A model generated the notes under the pieces. The model saw only the letters and a program-made list of their open reading frames with translations. It searched no databases and was not told the origin of the DNA. From UHGV virus genome UHGV-1366976: DNA of 64,000 bases. The stretch is one strand, 5' to 3'. Of the stretch, positions 42,301 through 50,313 are shown piece by piece. The first letter of the stretch is position 1, and each line of letters starts with the position of its first letter. The DNA is from a virus. A program made the position numbers and the translations under genes.

Positions 42301-44165
42301 AAAAAAATGCTATTACATTAGATGGAAAAACTGTAACAAAAATAAGTCCTGTCAAAACATTAGATGGAACTAACAATGTTACTAATATATTAGGATCTTT
42401 CTTAGCTACAGTAGTAGATAATGCTAAAACATTAACTGCTTCTAAAGTAAATTTAAATATGTTTACTGCTAGTACTTATACATTATTATTAAGAATGGGT
42501 TTTGATCCTAAAACAGTAATGTATTTTATGTCTCAACCTTCTTTAAGATTATTATCTGATAAGGTAATGGCTAAAGGAGATATGTTTAATTATAGAGATA
42601 GCATAGAAGAAGTTATTAAAGTATTTTCTAAACATACTAATGAACAATCTAGATTAGATCTTAAAAAGAATGGTTTCACTCAATTTAAACAATCAGATCT
42701 TATTGAAGCTATAAAGAATTTTAATAAGAGTGGTGGAGATATTGATTTGTATGAAAATGCAAAGCAAATTCTTATTCTAGAAGCTTTTAGAGATCTTATA
42801 GAACCAGCAAATGTTTTGAGATCTATTAATTCAGCAATGAGATCAGAAACTTATGGAGCAGCTCCTAATCCAGGAGATACAATAGCTAATTTGGCTAAAG
42901 CTAAAAAACTTAGTAGAAAATCTATTATCTCAGGTTTAGGAGATATTCTAACTTATGTTTCTAGAGGAGAAGAATATGAAAAATTAATGCATGATCCAAA
43001 TATAAAAAAATCTTTAATTTCTGCTAATACTAATGGTGTGGTAGAATATGATAATTTTATATCTAAATATACTCCATTTAACACTAATATTTTTACATCT
43101 TATAGGTCTTTGTTGTCAGAAGCTATTCATGATGACTTAACTGGAAGTGAAATAGATGAGTTAAATACTATAATGCTTAATCATTTAACAGAATCTTTAG
43201 ATTTCTTTAGATTTACAAAAGAGCAAAAAAATGCTTGGATATATAAATTTCCTAGAAAATTTTTAGAAATTATAAATAAAGATAATTATCTTAAAAATGT
43301 AAATGAATTCACTAGAAGATTAACTGTTCAAAATGAATTTCAATCAACATTAAATGGTAGACAATCTATTTCTATAATTAAATTTAGTGGCTCTAGATTT
43401 GATAATGAAGTAGCTAAAGATGAAGCTATTAGAGCTTTTGAATATTTATGGAGAACTCCTAAATATACTAAATTAGCTGAAGATTTATTGAAATATAATT
43501 TTGTTATTAGTGGATGGGGTGTCACACCTAATAGTTTTAATCATGTAGTTCCAATTTCTATGATTAACAATATTCCAGGATTTAATGAATTATTTAGAGA
43601 AACTATTTTTGATGATAATATTAGGGTTAATATAGATAACTTAATTGATTCTTATATAGTAAATAACTTTAGAAACAATAGAATAGTTCCTGAAATTAGT
43701 AAAGGAGATAATTATAAATTTACTGATAAAGATCATTCAGGATTAACATTAAGCCATTCTAGTTCTATTAATATAAAAGAAGGTTCCTATATTAAAATTC
43801 CTTATAGGTATATTAAATTCAATAATAATAGAAAAATAGAATTATACAAGTTAATAGGAGCCACTAAAGAAACAGCTGAATATCAAAGAGTAGGTAGTTA
43901 TGGTACATCAACTATTTTTGAATTTATTGAGGGAGAATCTAGTTTTACTTCTAATAATTTATCTGAAAAACTAATGAAATCTTCAGAGTTGAATGCTAAT
44001 TTAAAAAGACATGAAACTCAAGCAGAAATAGATTTAATAAAAGCTATGATAGAAGGAGAAACTGATACCCAAAATAATGAAGAATTAGATAATGAATTAT
44101 CTGATAAACTAGCTTCAGTAGCTAAAGAAGCAGAACAAATAAAGAATCATTGTAAAGGTAAATAA
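33369..44165 (+). CDS. giant multidomain virion protein (3598 aa). It has an N-terminal hydrophobic, Ala/Gly-rich region, an acidic low-complexity linker, a zincin HExxH motif, and a C-terminal region with a GSDFDVDKMY motif resembling the catalytic DxDGD loop of QDE-1 and crAss-like virion RNA polymerases.
   Basis: 10.8-kb uninterrupted ORF. HEAFH is at nt 37701-37715. DFDVD is at nt 41691-41705, in the context ITITGSDFDVDKMYFLSY (compare QDE-1 GGDYDGDMAW). The linker is SPKSKEKVSEQTTKTSEEKTEEKVNKKKPKSSESPEQD. Confidence 0.65.
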   Translation: MLINSQNQENLIDNEIPDLTNSIKVDKTGKRYIDDPNSPSGRTYLYDSPISNYDIIKKAAEENILPKEWLQNSPIHYNVADGYDTNMDYESLINPELREDYFAKQQSLLGLIGKGAVRGVSAITAGTLESLGYLVNPNTYRALFGEEIVGDFENQFSKIFRELKESMNDLTDPIYRTMQSKSDSLWEAMFDATFWAGNAESVVTTLSLMFPGIAAAKGFSTVGKGLGKLGMRLGATAKGAARTARITANVGAGLTSRIMESSMEAKEAYDSFIEAHKLDDKYVNDEAQLRLDAGKAASTTMLANMPLFLIDAFQFDSILSGFASFKNANSRLKRIANSLSDYGINAVSEGLEEGTQYIIQKEAEFSALSDPELKKMLGESFSERWDKYTDDIEFKTSILLGAAGGGLFRAAGPTLNKIYTKALDRLNRYRTAKEIATVQKNPEAFKILSQHEFEEQLGKHVKADSLDQLIQMYEDRVGTLEGEDQVTANNYLETLKAIKPTIDSLQKYPAFRKNKKATTLYALVEQEGIKQQALDQTLNNELNTAVQSIIEGKEDASSIVLALRNRAAQEVLKNIDTISRVKDLGESNFKNHYKKHIADNKQLILQKNNLSNIIARNPKLEDIAYNLEKNFAERMISIDLLTEMQNLKTESEETTKEKSSPKSKEKVSEQTTKTSEEKTEEKVNKKKPKSSESPEQDVDSKASNDEGLDYSDTESGNISETTEFDIDDSITATMNEELFGPIQQDSNDTITDKSRSKDEVVNDIVESINSASNLNDYLATREEAKKSAETSALSKEAFNKIYESEDDLLRDFNLDNPTESQANALAARFFDITEEPVAAELIKEALMNKTLINEQLLGEEEFIAYNEVLDYIKGLQESKQYGDVTPSQDIPDNIPVQEDNSQQSDNVETEYNQNDPLRLVSFKYSYDKYTDSQGNQRIKTIPQNRMDSIKYNSYISFDETIKPEVANVGSKVFFGIPEEFLQYQHSVDDADILIYDENNNGISWLRREKKAREWKATDQEIHILKQQRALLYNKAVSYQGEPVLINGKRVIPCNVSSFITSKSYGIITHDGDNYYSIKEALQVDNVEDIKLGIVVGKETNGYTFNIPGVDMNNFHTPPADNFRTGHLFAMVQSANGDYFPLRLYTQKYNTLQQGSALHNYYRTNINNAFKKILDSDPEVSSKGSYELSKYVVIRLVKNNSADLPFMVQKYNGSEYEDVEAVSREEAINRVKESLINIPYNLLNKSGNKIMNELLNSDALQMNIFPGEPFHSPTFGYDRNLVDLNPVKETISEVKEPTKETKIEEPKPKEKITDPVEQSFEQTLTVDAIKELPNSPKKRGPLSGPNNKLANKLKGKNFIKPDLSRKAEWGKDDDKYRLMSEPLNYEKADLNKELSWLKENLPQLTDNELVEIHRGLINVGNLYAWGRFKDGIIELSDIAASGTTYHEAFHAVFNMFLTESETNKLLEKARKELGLTGKSDVAVEETLADKFRDYVETDQITNKSILDRISDFFKNIYYLIKNKLHLNPSIEQVFYDINRGRYSKKKFEKNRPLVERNWLSNITPSVYKRRVDMLVDTFEDIIDNLAQESPELSRVDVIKQYSLEDYILTIHDQLYASAHGNNAVYTDPTQIDAIDLITDELVQFDADGNPQFGQLALDMLKEISALEGITFKAQQIVDMDMNQQDENTEFMNNEEVVKQEGWQIDQMLISPVTKLRQSTRNIIRRIPKMTSDGTLVSPDDLGYQPYMSGTEVFATMLNKLSTMNKPSDLMKTLESLSQSFPWVDSIIDILKSDPKLQVDFYNSFRNDSVEYMIISSQSDGTMRVFGGNSVNKAGELLRIWSSNYSLASHNKEELVKSLKENSDKIYKIYQEVSGNPFRLHKVRLWKKNWKSGKFNNPQINAWAREVSGMLNTIGIDSKPSELVKVFQSNMRLNDDNSNFQPMQDFLLNSFRVLRAFHDTINKDDYDIRRNTYYDLELLPVNVRIKALSKALSNVRPSLYESSLREDGKTYSTNITPSFIGKLFKRLTDVEDKSAFEPFKKSFFYTSNEGKFTHPWLKELYNIKTKDLASEIQVSMFLEKDKTRYSELSKPDFLGSKINLWYNNGARDYGYFMLPIPSDASSMPVIRFPKSYDLSHSLDGLVELAKAEIRRIEVVKERSKKIKNGEIYEIKNFDKRGSKFLMFPFLNKYNIDELKTSEATLRKYIEEAMEEGFEKFKSNPDLDGTKYDKRITESKLKEFYYNDTLAQYSIMTMTSGDLAYYKNDVDFFKRNKQNMSPGQYGDWETLGIPEKFKAIRMKDNEIPSLVADAYYENLKLNGVSTTEAMIIASKFGYSNYTDSEGNKKVKLPNGQIIDSGLNNATDGQTFITLDRYRNIARMNSKWDDAKESSYQRLKNGTYNVEDILTFSLQPIKPYMFAPHITDSGVDINGKNTSLYQPLQNKNSEAVLIPQMVQNSPLLSALVKGMEDNGIDAVYFESAVKEGIELNTSQELKDKLRKQGKPILPDAVLHFNGDPRELSETNVKYYYLSNDDYMYQMDTPEHFRDTLQLFGSQIRKHIIANLDEDAEFYIEDMKFTGKNIASLFDDILAWNYDKNYKKVIDKIGTIDGLARELQGGVMQRKFAENTTEAVQLMNYKGEKVFKLPLYFPLQSNRIFQMISSIFRNNIIRNKVSGGALYQVSSYGFDNSLKVHMKDGHIEYVDCIMPYTYSNQLAQLADENGMIDPSKVEDKELLKVICYRIPTEDKYSAVPLRIKGFSSPAEGGIIKLPSDIITITGSDFDVDKMYFLSYAAKYTPARYNLSKIRTWMANNGLLSDTFSSGNYQEEMNYLSDLLEKYDSGEKLSTEETEAMIEVSKFLKEHQDLIIQKSKLEKIKYNYKQFPEKQSVEASNNALIDIMYSILTSRDAFKTMVSGANTSMFADVISTLEKLEKKKSEGDRLFDPSFLTDTYYEYMAGKALTGVFAANSANHSMLQFYNVNLNKKNAITLDGKTVTKISPVKTLDGTNNVTNILGSFLATVVDNAKTLTASKVNLNMFTASTYTLLLRMGFDPKTVMYFMSQPSLRLLSDKVMAKGDMFNYRDSIEEVIKVFSKHTNEQSRLDLKKNGFTQFKQSDLIEAIKNFNKSGGDIDLYENAKQILILEAFRDLIEPANVLRSINSAMRSETYGAAPNPGDTIANLAKAKKLSRKSIISGLGDILTYVSRGEEYEKLMHDPNIKKSLISANTNGVVEYDNFISKYTPFNTNIFTSYRSLLSEAIHDDLTGSEIDELNTIMLNHLTESLDFFRFTKEQKNAWIYKFPRKFLEIINKDNYLKNVNEFTRRLTVQNEFQSTLNGRQSISIIKFSGSRFDNEVAKDEAIRAFEYLWRTPKYTKLAEDLLKYNFVISGWGVTPNSFNHVVPISMINNIPGFNELFRETIFDDNIRVNIDNLIDSYIVNNFRNNRIVPEISKGDNYKFTDKDHSGLTLSHSSSINIKEGSYIKIPYRYIKFNNNRKIELYKLIGATKETAEYQRVGSYGTSTIFEFIEGESSFTSNNLSEKLMKSSELNANLKRHETQAEIDLIKAMIEGETDTQNNEELDNELSDKLASVAKEAEQIKNHCKGK

Positions 44166-44172
44166 TAATAAT

Positions 44173-44210
44173 GGGGAGGAGATAATATCAAATCCCCTAT
44201 AATTTTTTAA
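44173..44210 (+). terminator. weak hairpin (GGGGA...TCCCC) plus T-rich run after the giant ORF
   Basis: A short GC stem with a 15-nt loop, followed by TATAATTTTTT. Confidence 0.3.
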
Positions 44211-44212
44211 AT

Positions 44213-47200
44213 ATGAAGATTTGTCCAAATTTAAATGATCCACAAGTAAAAGAAGAATTTGAAACATTAAAAAGATTATTTGGTGAAAATTCTGCTTATT
44301 ATTTATGGAATAAAAATAAAGGAAATTTCTTAGATAGGACAGCAGATGGAGATATAAATACTACTTATATAAGTAATTTTGAGAAGTATAATGATAAAGA
44401 ATATGCTTTAAAAACTGCAGCATTAGAATTGTTAAATAGTGAATCTTATAATAATACAGATATTTCTAAAGCTGAACCTGTTAAGAATACTACAACATTA
44501 GAACTAGGTAAAGAGGCTTTAATGGATATAGTAGAAGGATATCATATGAATAATAAAGGTCAATTTAAATTAGAAGTTGATCAAGCCATTGATTTAAATA
44601 ATACTATTAAAGCTGCAGGATTAAAAGATGTAGATGTAGTATCTGTTGGTATTAAATATCAATTGTATGATAAATCTCTAAATAAATATATTACTGCAAA
44701 AGAAATAAAAAATAATCCTAAATATTCTTTATCTGCTTCTGATATTCAGAATTCTATTAAAAATAGAATCTTAGATGAATTAAAAAAACTTGGGGTAGAA
44801 GTTCAAACTGTTGACTCTTTAAAATCTCAATATGGTTTAGATTATTTAGCTGTTGCAGATATTACTAATAAAGCTATTAAATTTGCTAAAAATGAAATCT
44901 CTTTAGAAGCTTTAGGAGAAGAAGGAGCTCACTTCTTTGTAGAAGCTATGAATGATTCTCCATTTGTTAATAGATTGATGAATCTAATTAAACAAAATAA
45001 AGCTTATAAAAATATATTAGGAGATGAATTTAGTGAGTATAATCTAGCTTATAAAGGAGATGAAGATCTTTTAGCTAAAGAAGCTATAGGAAAGCTTTTG
45101 GGACAATATCTTATTGATGTTAATACTTTATCTTATAAACCAGCTAAAAATCTCTTAGAAAGGCTCTGGAATGCCTTAAAATCAATTTTTAGTTCTAAAG
45201 ATAATACATCATTAGAAAAACTCTTAAATAATGAATTAAAAGAGTTTGCTCATGATATTTTGACCAATAAAGCAAAAGGATTAAACAAGACTTCTCTATT
45301 AAAATCTTCTATAGATAAATTATATTCTATTGGCAATAGAGCTAAATCTTTAGAAGATGTTATGAATAAAGTTATTGAAACAGAAGCTTTAAGACTTAAG
45401 ATTTATGAAAATCAATTATCTAGTATTAGTACTAAAGAAGCTCAAAGAAAGTTAGTAGTTGAATTAAATGATGCTTTAGAAAAAGGCACTATTAAAGAAA
45501 GAATAGCTTCTTATATTAGTGGAGCTTCTAAAGTAATGCAACAATTAACAGAACAATTAAATAAAGAGAATGAATTGCTCTCTAGTAATTCTATTTCAAA
45601 GTCTGCCCATATTGCTAGAAGAATGAAATCTTTCTTAGTATCTGTACAGCCTATAGTTACAGATATGCAGAGATACCTAAGAGAAGATAAATCAGATCCA
45701 GAATTTAATAGTAAAATGCATTCTTTAATTTCAGAATTCTTAGTAGAATCTAATGCTATTAATGATGAACTTCAATTAAAGATGTTTAATATTTTTGCTA
45801 AATGGATAGGAACTCAATTTGATAAATTTGCAGAAGTTGAAAATCCATTTGGAGAAAAATTAACTAGACAACAAGTTATTGACAGTTTAACAAAAGCTAA
45901 TAAAGATAATAATTGGTTTAATAGATGGATATCTTCAGCAAGTGATAATCCTGATATAGTTATTAATTTAGTAGCCACAGCATTTAAAAACACAGAAGGT
46001 GAAAAAAGAATGAAAGTTAAAGATGTTCATTATCAATTAATAAATGCTGTAAAAGAATTAAATGATGCAGGAATTAAAGATTTTGATTGGATATTTGAAA
46101 AAATAAATGGAGAATATTCACAAAATTTTAATTCAGAATGGGATTATTCTAGTTATGAAGTAGCTAAATCTAAATTGTGGGAAACTTTAAGAAAAAAATT
46201 CCCTGAAAATCCTATAGAGAGAGAAAAAGTTTTTATAGCTAATCCAGACTTACAAAAAGAATGGGCTAAAATATGGTCTGAGTTTAATAGAAAATATGTA
46301 GAAAGAGTAGAAGGATGGGAAAATATCTTGTATAATAAAGAAAAAACTTTATCTAGAGGAGAATTCTTAAGATGGAAATCTAAAAATGTTAATGAATATA
46401 TTGATTCTAAAGGTAATACTATACATACTCCTAATGTATATGGAGAATTAGCACATCCTAAACAAAAGAATAAAGCTTTTGAAGAAATTAAAAATAATCC
46501 TGCTAAATTAAAATTCTATAATACTATTAATAAGATTATGAAAGAATCTCTTAATCTACTACCTGCTGATATAAAAGGAGTAACTCCTAATATGGCTCCT
46601 AGAATTAGAGCAGATTTTAGAGAAAGAGTTGTTCAAGAAGGATTTATTAAAGCTTTTAAAACTAAAGATGCTTTATCTGCAATTCAAATTAGAGCTGATG
46701 AAGATGAATTTGGGTATAGATATGAAGAAAGACTCCAAGATTTTGAAGGTAATACAGTACAATTCTTACCTATTTATTATACAAGTAAGATAAAAGATGC
46801 TACTTTTTCTACAGATTTAATAGGAAATGTACTTAGATTTTATGATATGTCTATTAATTATAACTTAAAGTCTAAAATGATTGATATTCTAGAAGTAGGG
46901 AAGAATATTTTATCAGAAAGATTGGTTAAAATTGGTAGTAATGGATTAGAATCTAAAGTAACTATTTCTGTTCTCACCAGATTAATTCAAAGAGAAAGTA
47001 AAGTTAAAGCAGAAAATCTTTATAAAGGGTATAAAGATCTTATAGATAAAGGATTATATGGAGAGTACCAGAAAAATGAAGGTTCTTTTAAAATACCTTT
47101 TATCAAAGGAGAATTTGATATTGCTAAATCTATGAATGCAGTGAGAGATGCTGTACAATATATTATGTTGGGAGGTTCTCCATTTGTAGGTTTTGCTAAT

Positions 47201-48352
47201 CAAGTAACTGGAGAGTTAAGTATTCTTAATGAAGCTGCCTCTAAAAGATTTTTTGACTATAAAGACAGAGCATTTGCTGCAAAAGAAGTGATGAAGTTAA
47301 TGCCTGAATATCTAGCTGAAGTGGGATCAGTTACTCCAGATTCTAAATTGTTCTATCTCACTTCATTTTTTGATATGTTAGGAGACTATGATCAAGAATT
47401 AAAAGATCTTAATTCTAATGTAAAGAATAAATTACTTAGAGGACTATCTTTCAATTCTTTAATGCTTCCTATACAATTGGGAGATTTTAGTAATAAAATG
47501 AGTGTTGGAATAGCAATGCTTCATAATACTAAAGTATTAAATTCTGAAGGCAAGAAAGTTTCTTTATATGATCAGTTTGAAGTAAAAAATGGAATTCCTG
47601 GTATTAAAGAAGGAACTAAAAATCTAGATGGAAGTAATTTTACTAAATCTGATTTAGTAGCTTTTATGAACAGATTAGGAAAACTAAACACTCAGTTGTT
47701 TGGTATGACTGATAAAATAGATAGGGCTCCATTACAATCAAGAAGTATTGGTAGAGCTTTTTCTATCTTTAGATCATTCTTAGGTCCTAACCTTAATAGA
47801 AGATATTCTATAAATAAATTAGATACTTCTTTAGGCATTTATACTGAAGGATATTATAACACTTTATTAAAGTTTGTATGGTATGATTTAAAGGATGCTC
47901 ATTTTAATATTTTAACTGCTTGGGATAAATTAACTAATGGTCAAAAACAAAATATGCATATTGCTATTACAGAATTAGCAACATTAGGAATAATGACTAT
48001 ATTGATTGTGACTATTGGAGCATTAGCTGGAAAAGCTGATGAAGATAATGAAAAAAGACTACAAGCACTTAGACTTATGTTAGCTAGAACTAGAACAGAA
48101 TTAGCTGCTTTATCTCCATTAGGTATATTTAGTGAAACCACTAGGATGTTTCAATCTCCTACAGCTATATTAGGATTAGTTGATTCATTAAGTGATGTTT
48201 TTAGTGGTGCATGGTTTGAAACTTATGAAAAAGGGGATTATAAAGGATGGAATAAAGGCTTTATTAAAACTTTAAGATTAGTTCCAGGTAGTAGATTAAT
48301 ATTTGATTTTGTGACTATTGATGAAAAATTAAAATGGTATGGTCTAGACTAG
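44213..48352 (+). CDS. giant virion protein (1379 aa) with C-terminal hydrophobic helices (possible ejected or membrane-interacting protein)
   Basis: NMHIAITELATLGIMTILIVTIGALAG is a predicted TM segment near the C-terminus. It is the last gene of the + strand block. Confidence 0.65.
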   Translation: MKICPNLNDPQVKEEFETLKRLFGENSAYYLWNKNKGNFLDRTADGDINTTYISNFEKYNDKEYALKTAALELLNSESYNNTDISKAEPVKNTTTLELGKEALMDIVEGYHMNNKGQFKLEVDQAIDLNNTIKAAGLKDVDVVSVGIKYQLYDKSLNKYITAKEIKNNPKYSLSASDIQNSIKNRILDELKKLGVEVQTVDSLKSQYGLDYLAVADITNKAIKFAKNEISLEALGEEGAHFFVEAMNDSPFVNRLMNLIKQNKAYKNILGDEFSEYNLAYKGDEDLLAKEAIGKLLGQYLIDVNTLSYKPAKNLLERLWNALKSIFSSKDNTSLEKLLNNELKEFAHDILTNKAKGLNKTSLLKSSIDKLYSIGNRAKSLEDVMNKVIETEALRLKIYENQLSSISTKEAQRKLVVELNDALEKGTIKERIASYISGASKVMQQLTEQLNKENELLSSNSISKSAHIARRMKSFLVSVQPIVTDMQRYLREDKSDPEFNSKMHSLISEFLVESNAINDELQLKMFNIFAKWIGTQFDKFAEVENPFGEKLTRQQVIDSLTKANKDNNWFNRWISSASDNPDIVINLVATAFKNTEGEKRMKVKDVHYQLINAVKELNDAGIKDFDWIFEKINGEYSQNFNSEWDYSSYEVAKSKLWETLRKKFPENPIEREKVFIANPDLQKEWAKIWSEFNRKYVERVEGWENILYNKEKTLSRGEFLRWKSKNVNEYIDSKGNTIHTPNVYGELAHPKQKNKAFEEIKNNPAKLKFYNTINKIMKESLNLLPADIKGVTPNMAPRIRADFRERVVQEGFIKAFKTKDALSAIQIRADEDEFGYRYEERLQDFEGNTVQFLPIYYTSKIKDATFSTDLIGNVLRFYDMSINYNLKSKMIDILEVGKNILSERLVKIGSNGLESKVTISVLTRLIQRESKVKAENLYKGYKDLIDKGLYGEYQKNEGSFKIPFIKGEFDIAKSMNAVRDAVQYIMLGGSPFVGFANQVTGELSILNEAASKRFFDYKDRAFAAKEVMKLMPEYLAEVGSVTPDSKLFYLTSFFDMLGDYDQELKDLNSNVKNKLLRGLSFNSLMLPIQLGDFSNKMSVGIAMLHNTKVLNSEGKKVSLYDQFEVKNGIPGIKEGTKNLDGSNFTKSDLVAFMNRLGKLNTQLFGMTDKIDRAPLQSRSIGRAFSIFRSFLGPNLNRRYSINKLDTSLGIYTEGYYNTLLKFVWYDLKDAHFNILTAWDKLTNGQKQNMHIAITELATLGIMTILIVTIGALAGKADEDNEKRLQALRLMLARTRTELAALSPLGIFSETTRMFQSPTAILGLVDSLSDVFSGAWFETYEKGDYKGWNKGFIKTLRLVPGSRLIFDFVTIDEKLKWYGLD

Positions 48353-48370
48353 ATAGATAAAAAAAACTAA

Positions 48371-48405
48371 GGGGGAAGGTATTACTACTTTCCTCCTTAT
48401 ATTTT
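48371..48405. terminator. bidirectional terminator hairpin (GGGGGAAGG / CCTTCCTCC) between convergent modules
   Basis: The stem-loop lies in the 59-nt gap between the end of the + strand block (48352) and the end of the minus-strand block (48412). It is T-rich on the + side and A-rich on the minus side. Confidence 0.4.
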
Positions 48406-48411
48406 TATTAT

Positions 48412-49311
48412 TTAAAACCTAAGATTAGTTTTAATAGTATCAATTGCATTATTTATAACTATACTTTTCCAATCATAGTAGTACATACTTGAATATGGAT
48501 TATTAAGCAAATCTTCACTACATGGATTAGTTCCACTATATCTGGCTTGAACAATCATATTATTTATCTGTTTTATAAATGGATCTATAGCATTAGAAAA
48601 ATAATTTTTTAAAAATTCATTAGGATTTTTTTTTGAAATTTTATCCTCATCTTTTATGTAATCTGATATTTCACAATAAATATCATGACATATAAATGCT
48701 AAGTCTTTTAATGTTCCATTATTAGAGATCTTAATGTCAAACATATCATCTGATAAATTTACAGCTGAATTCTCAGAATCATGATCATCTTTTAAAACAT
48801 TATCTCTTTCAATTTTAATAATATAAAATCCTTTATCTCTTAAAGCTTCATATTCATTTATATATCTACAATCTGGAACTATAACATCTTTTTTACAATA
48901 ATTTTCTATAGTTCTAAATAGAGATTTAATAAAGTAATCTTCTCCAAAAGTTTTTTTAATTTTATCTGCTGTCTGTTGTAATAGTGTTCTTAAAGGAATA
49001 CTAGTAGCAGAATCTGAATTCTGAATAGAATTTTTTTCTAAATCAAAATATAAATCATCTTTTGTAGAGCAATATAAGAGATACTTATTTGCTTTAGGCA
49101 AATCATAAATATCTAGTAACAAAGATTTAAGTTTATCTCCAAAAGATATTGTATCAAATCTAAAATGTTCTCTAGATATGCTTAAAATACTATTAATAGT
49201 TTCTTCTTTAACTTCTTCTGTTATAGATTTACCTCCACTTAAATAAAAATTTAAGAATTTTGCAACTGTATCCTTTCCACTTCCCTTTCTCCCACAAAAA
49301 GCTATCTTCAT
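48412..49311 (-). CDS. deoxynucleoside monophosphate kinase (T4 gp1-like P-loop kinase, 299 aa)
   Basis: The N-terminus MKIAFCGRKGSGKDT closely resembles the T4 gp1 dNMP kinase N-terminus, and the context is nucleotide metabolism. Confidence 0.6.
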   Translation of the reverse strand: MKIAFCGRKGSGKDTVAKFLNFYLSGGKSITEEVKEETINSILSISREHFRFDTISFGDKLKSLLLDIYDLPKANKYLLYCSTKDDLYFDLEKNSIQNSDSATSIPLRTLLQQTADKIKKTFGEDYFIKSLFRTIENYCKKDVIVPDCRYINEYEALRDKGFYIIKIERDNVLKDDHDSENSAVNLSDDMFDIKISNNGTLKDLAFICHDIYCEISDYIKDEDKISKKNPNEFLKNYFSNAIDPFIKQINNMIVQARYSGTNPCSEDLLNNPYSSMYYYDWKSIVINNAIDTIKTNLRF

Positions 49312-50096
49312 AAATTTTGTATTAAATTATACATTTTTAAGGCTAATTCTCTAATTTGAAAATGAGCTGATTTATCTAATCTCAAATCAAAGAAATTGTT
49401 CCATTTACATATAGGAGCACTCATGATAATATCTGTTTTATGTCCTAAAGTTAAGACAGTTCTAGCAATTTCAGGAGTTTCTCCTCTTTTAATTAATAGT
49501 TTATAAAGATAAGCACTGATTTTACAAGATAATTTATATATCCATGCATTTTTATCTTGTCCCTGCCAAGTAATAAATGTAATACCTAGTTTTTTAAGAT
49601 AATTAATAAATCTAGTACTTTCTATTGTAAAACTATTATATCTATGTCTTAAGAAGCTTCTTTCTTGACCATGGTCAGTAATAATTCTAAAAGTAACTAT
49701 TCTATTAGGATCATTCTTTTCTGGTTCAAAATAAGAAACAGTAGGTTTATCTAAAATAATTCTTTCAAATAAATCTATATCATTCTCTACAATAACTCTT
49801 AAATTAGTGTAGATATAACACATTCCATCTTTCTTCTTTATTACTGTATATGGATTCTTTAAGAAATATGAGAATCTAGTTCTAACATAACCATATGTAT
49901 ATTTTAGATAAATTCCACAATGCTCAAATACAGATGTGTGTCCTCTTCTTACAAGACTAGTAATGAAATTAATTCTTTGTTCTTTAGTAGTTGCTAAATT
50001 AGATTTATAACAATTTTTAGCACACAATTCTACAAATTCAGATGGACTACTTTTTCCTCTTTCTATTAGCTCCACACTTTGATTTATTATCTTCAT
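49308..50096 (-). CDS. thyX: flavin-dependent thymidylate synthase ThyX
   Basis: The ThyX signature RHR-x7-S is present as LRHRYNSFTIESTR, and an N-terminal His-containing motif (RRGHTSVFEH) is also present. Confidence 0.85.
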   Translation of the reverse strand: MKIINQSVELIERGKSSPSEFVELCAKNCYKSNLATTKEQRINFITSLVRRGHTSVFEHCGIYLKYTYGYVRTRFSYFLKNPYTVIKKKDGMCYIYTNLRVIVENDIDLFERIILDKPTVSYFEPEKNDPNRIVTFRIITDHGQERSFLRHRYNSFTIESTRFINYLKKLGITFITWQGQDKNAWIYKLSCKISAYLYKLLIKRGETPEIARTVLTLGHKTDIIMSAPICKWNNFFDLRLDKSAHFQIRELALKMYNLIQNL

Positions 50097-50313
50097 TCTT
50101 TTTCTTTTTAAGAGTTGATATATATTCTAATAAAGCAGGTATCTTAGAATCATCTTCAAAACAATTATATTCATTAGGTAGATCTAAAAAATATTTTTGA
50201 TTCATTCTACATAATTGAATAATTATAGCTTGACCCTCTCTAAGATCTGGATTAAATTTTTTTAAATCTTTTGCCTTTTTTAAAAGTGTCAAAGCAAACT
50301 TTCTAGGGTTCAT
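50047..50313 (-). CDS. hypothetical small basic protein (88 aa)
   Basis: ORF that overlaps both neighbours. Lys/Arg-rich C-terminus. Confidence 0.4.
   Translation of the reverse strand: MNPRKFALTLLKKAKDLKKFNPDLREGQAIIIQLCRMNQKYFLDLPNEYNCFEDDSKIPALLEYISTLKKKKNEDNKSKCGANRKRKK

Noticed and set aside
33890-43525. six short minus-strand ORFs (33890, 34445, 36123, 37175, 41987 and 43340) inside the 3598-aa gene
   Set aside because: All are antisense within a single 10.8-kb open frame. None has a recognisable motif or a plausible start context.
47941-48141. minus-strand 66-aa ORF at the 3' end of the 1379-aa gene
   Set aside because: It is antisense to the predicted C-terminal TM region (a hydrophobic mirror image).
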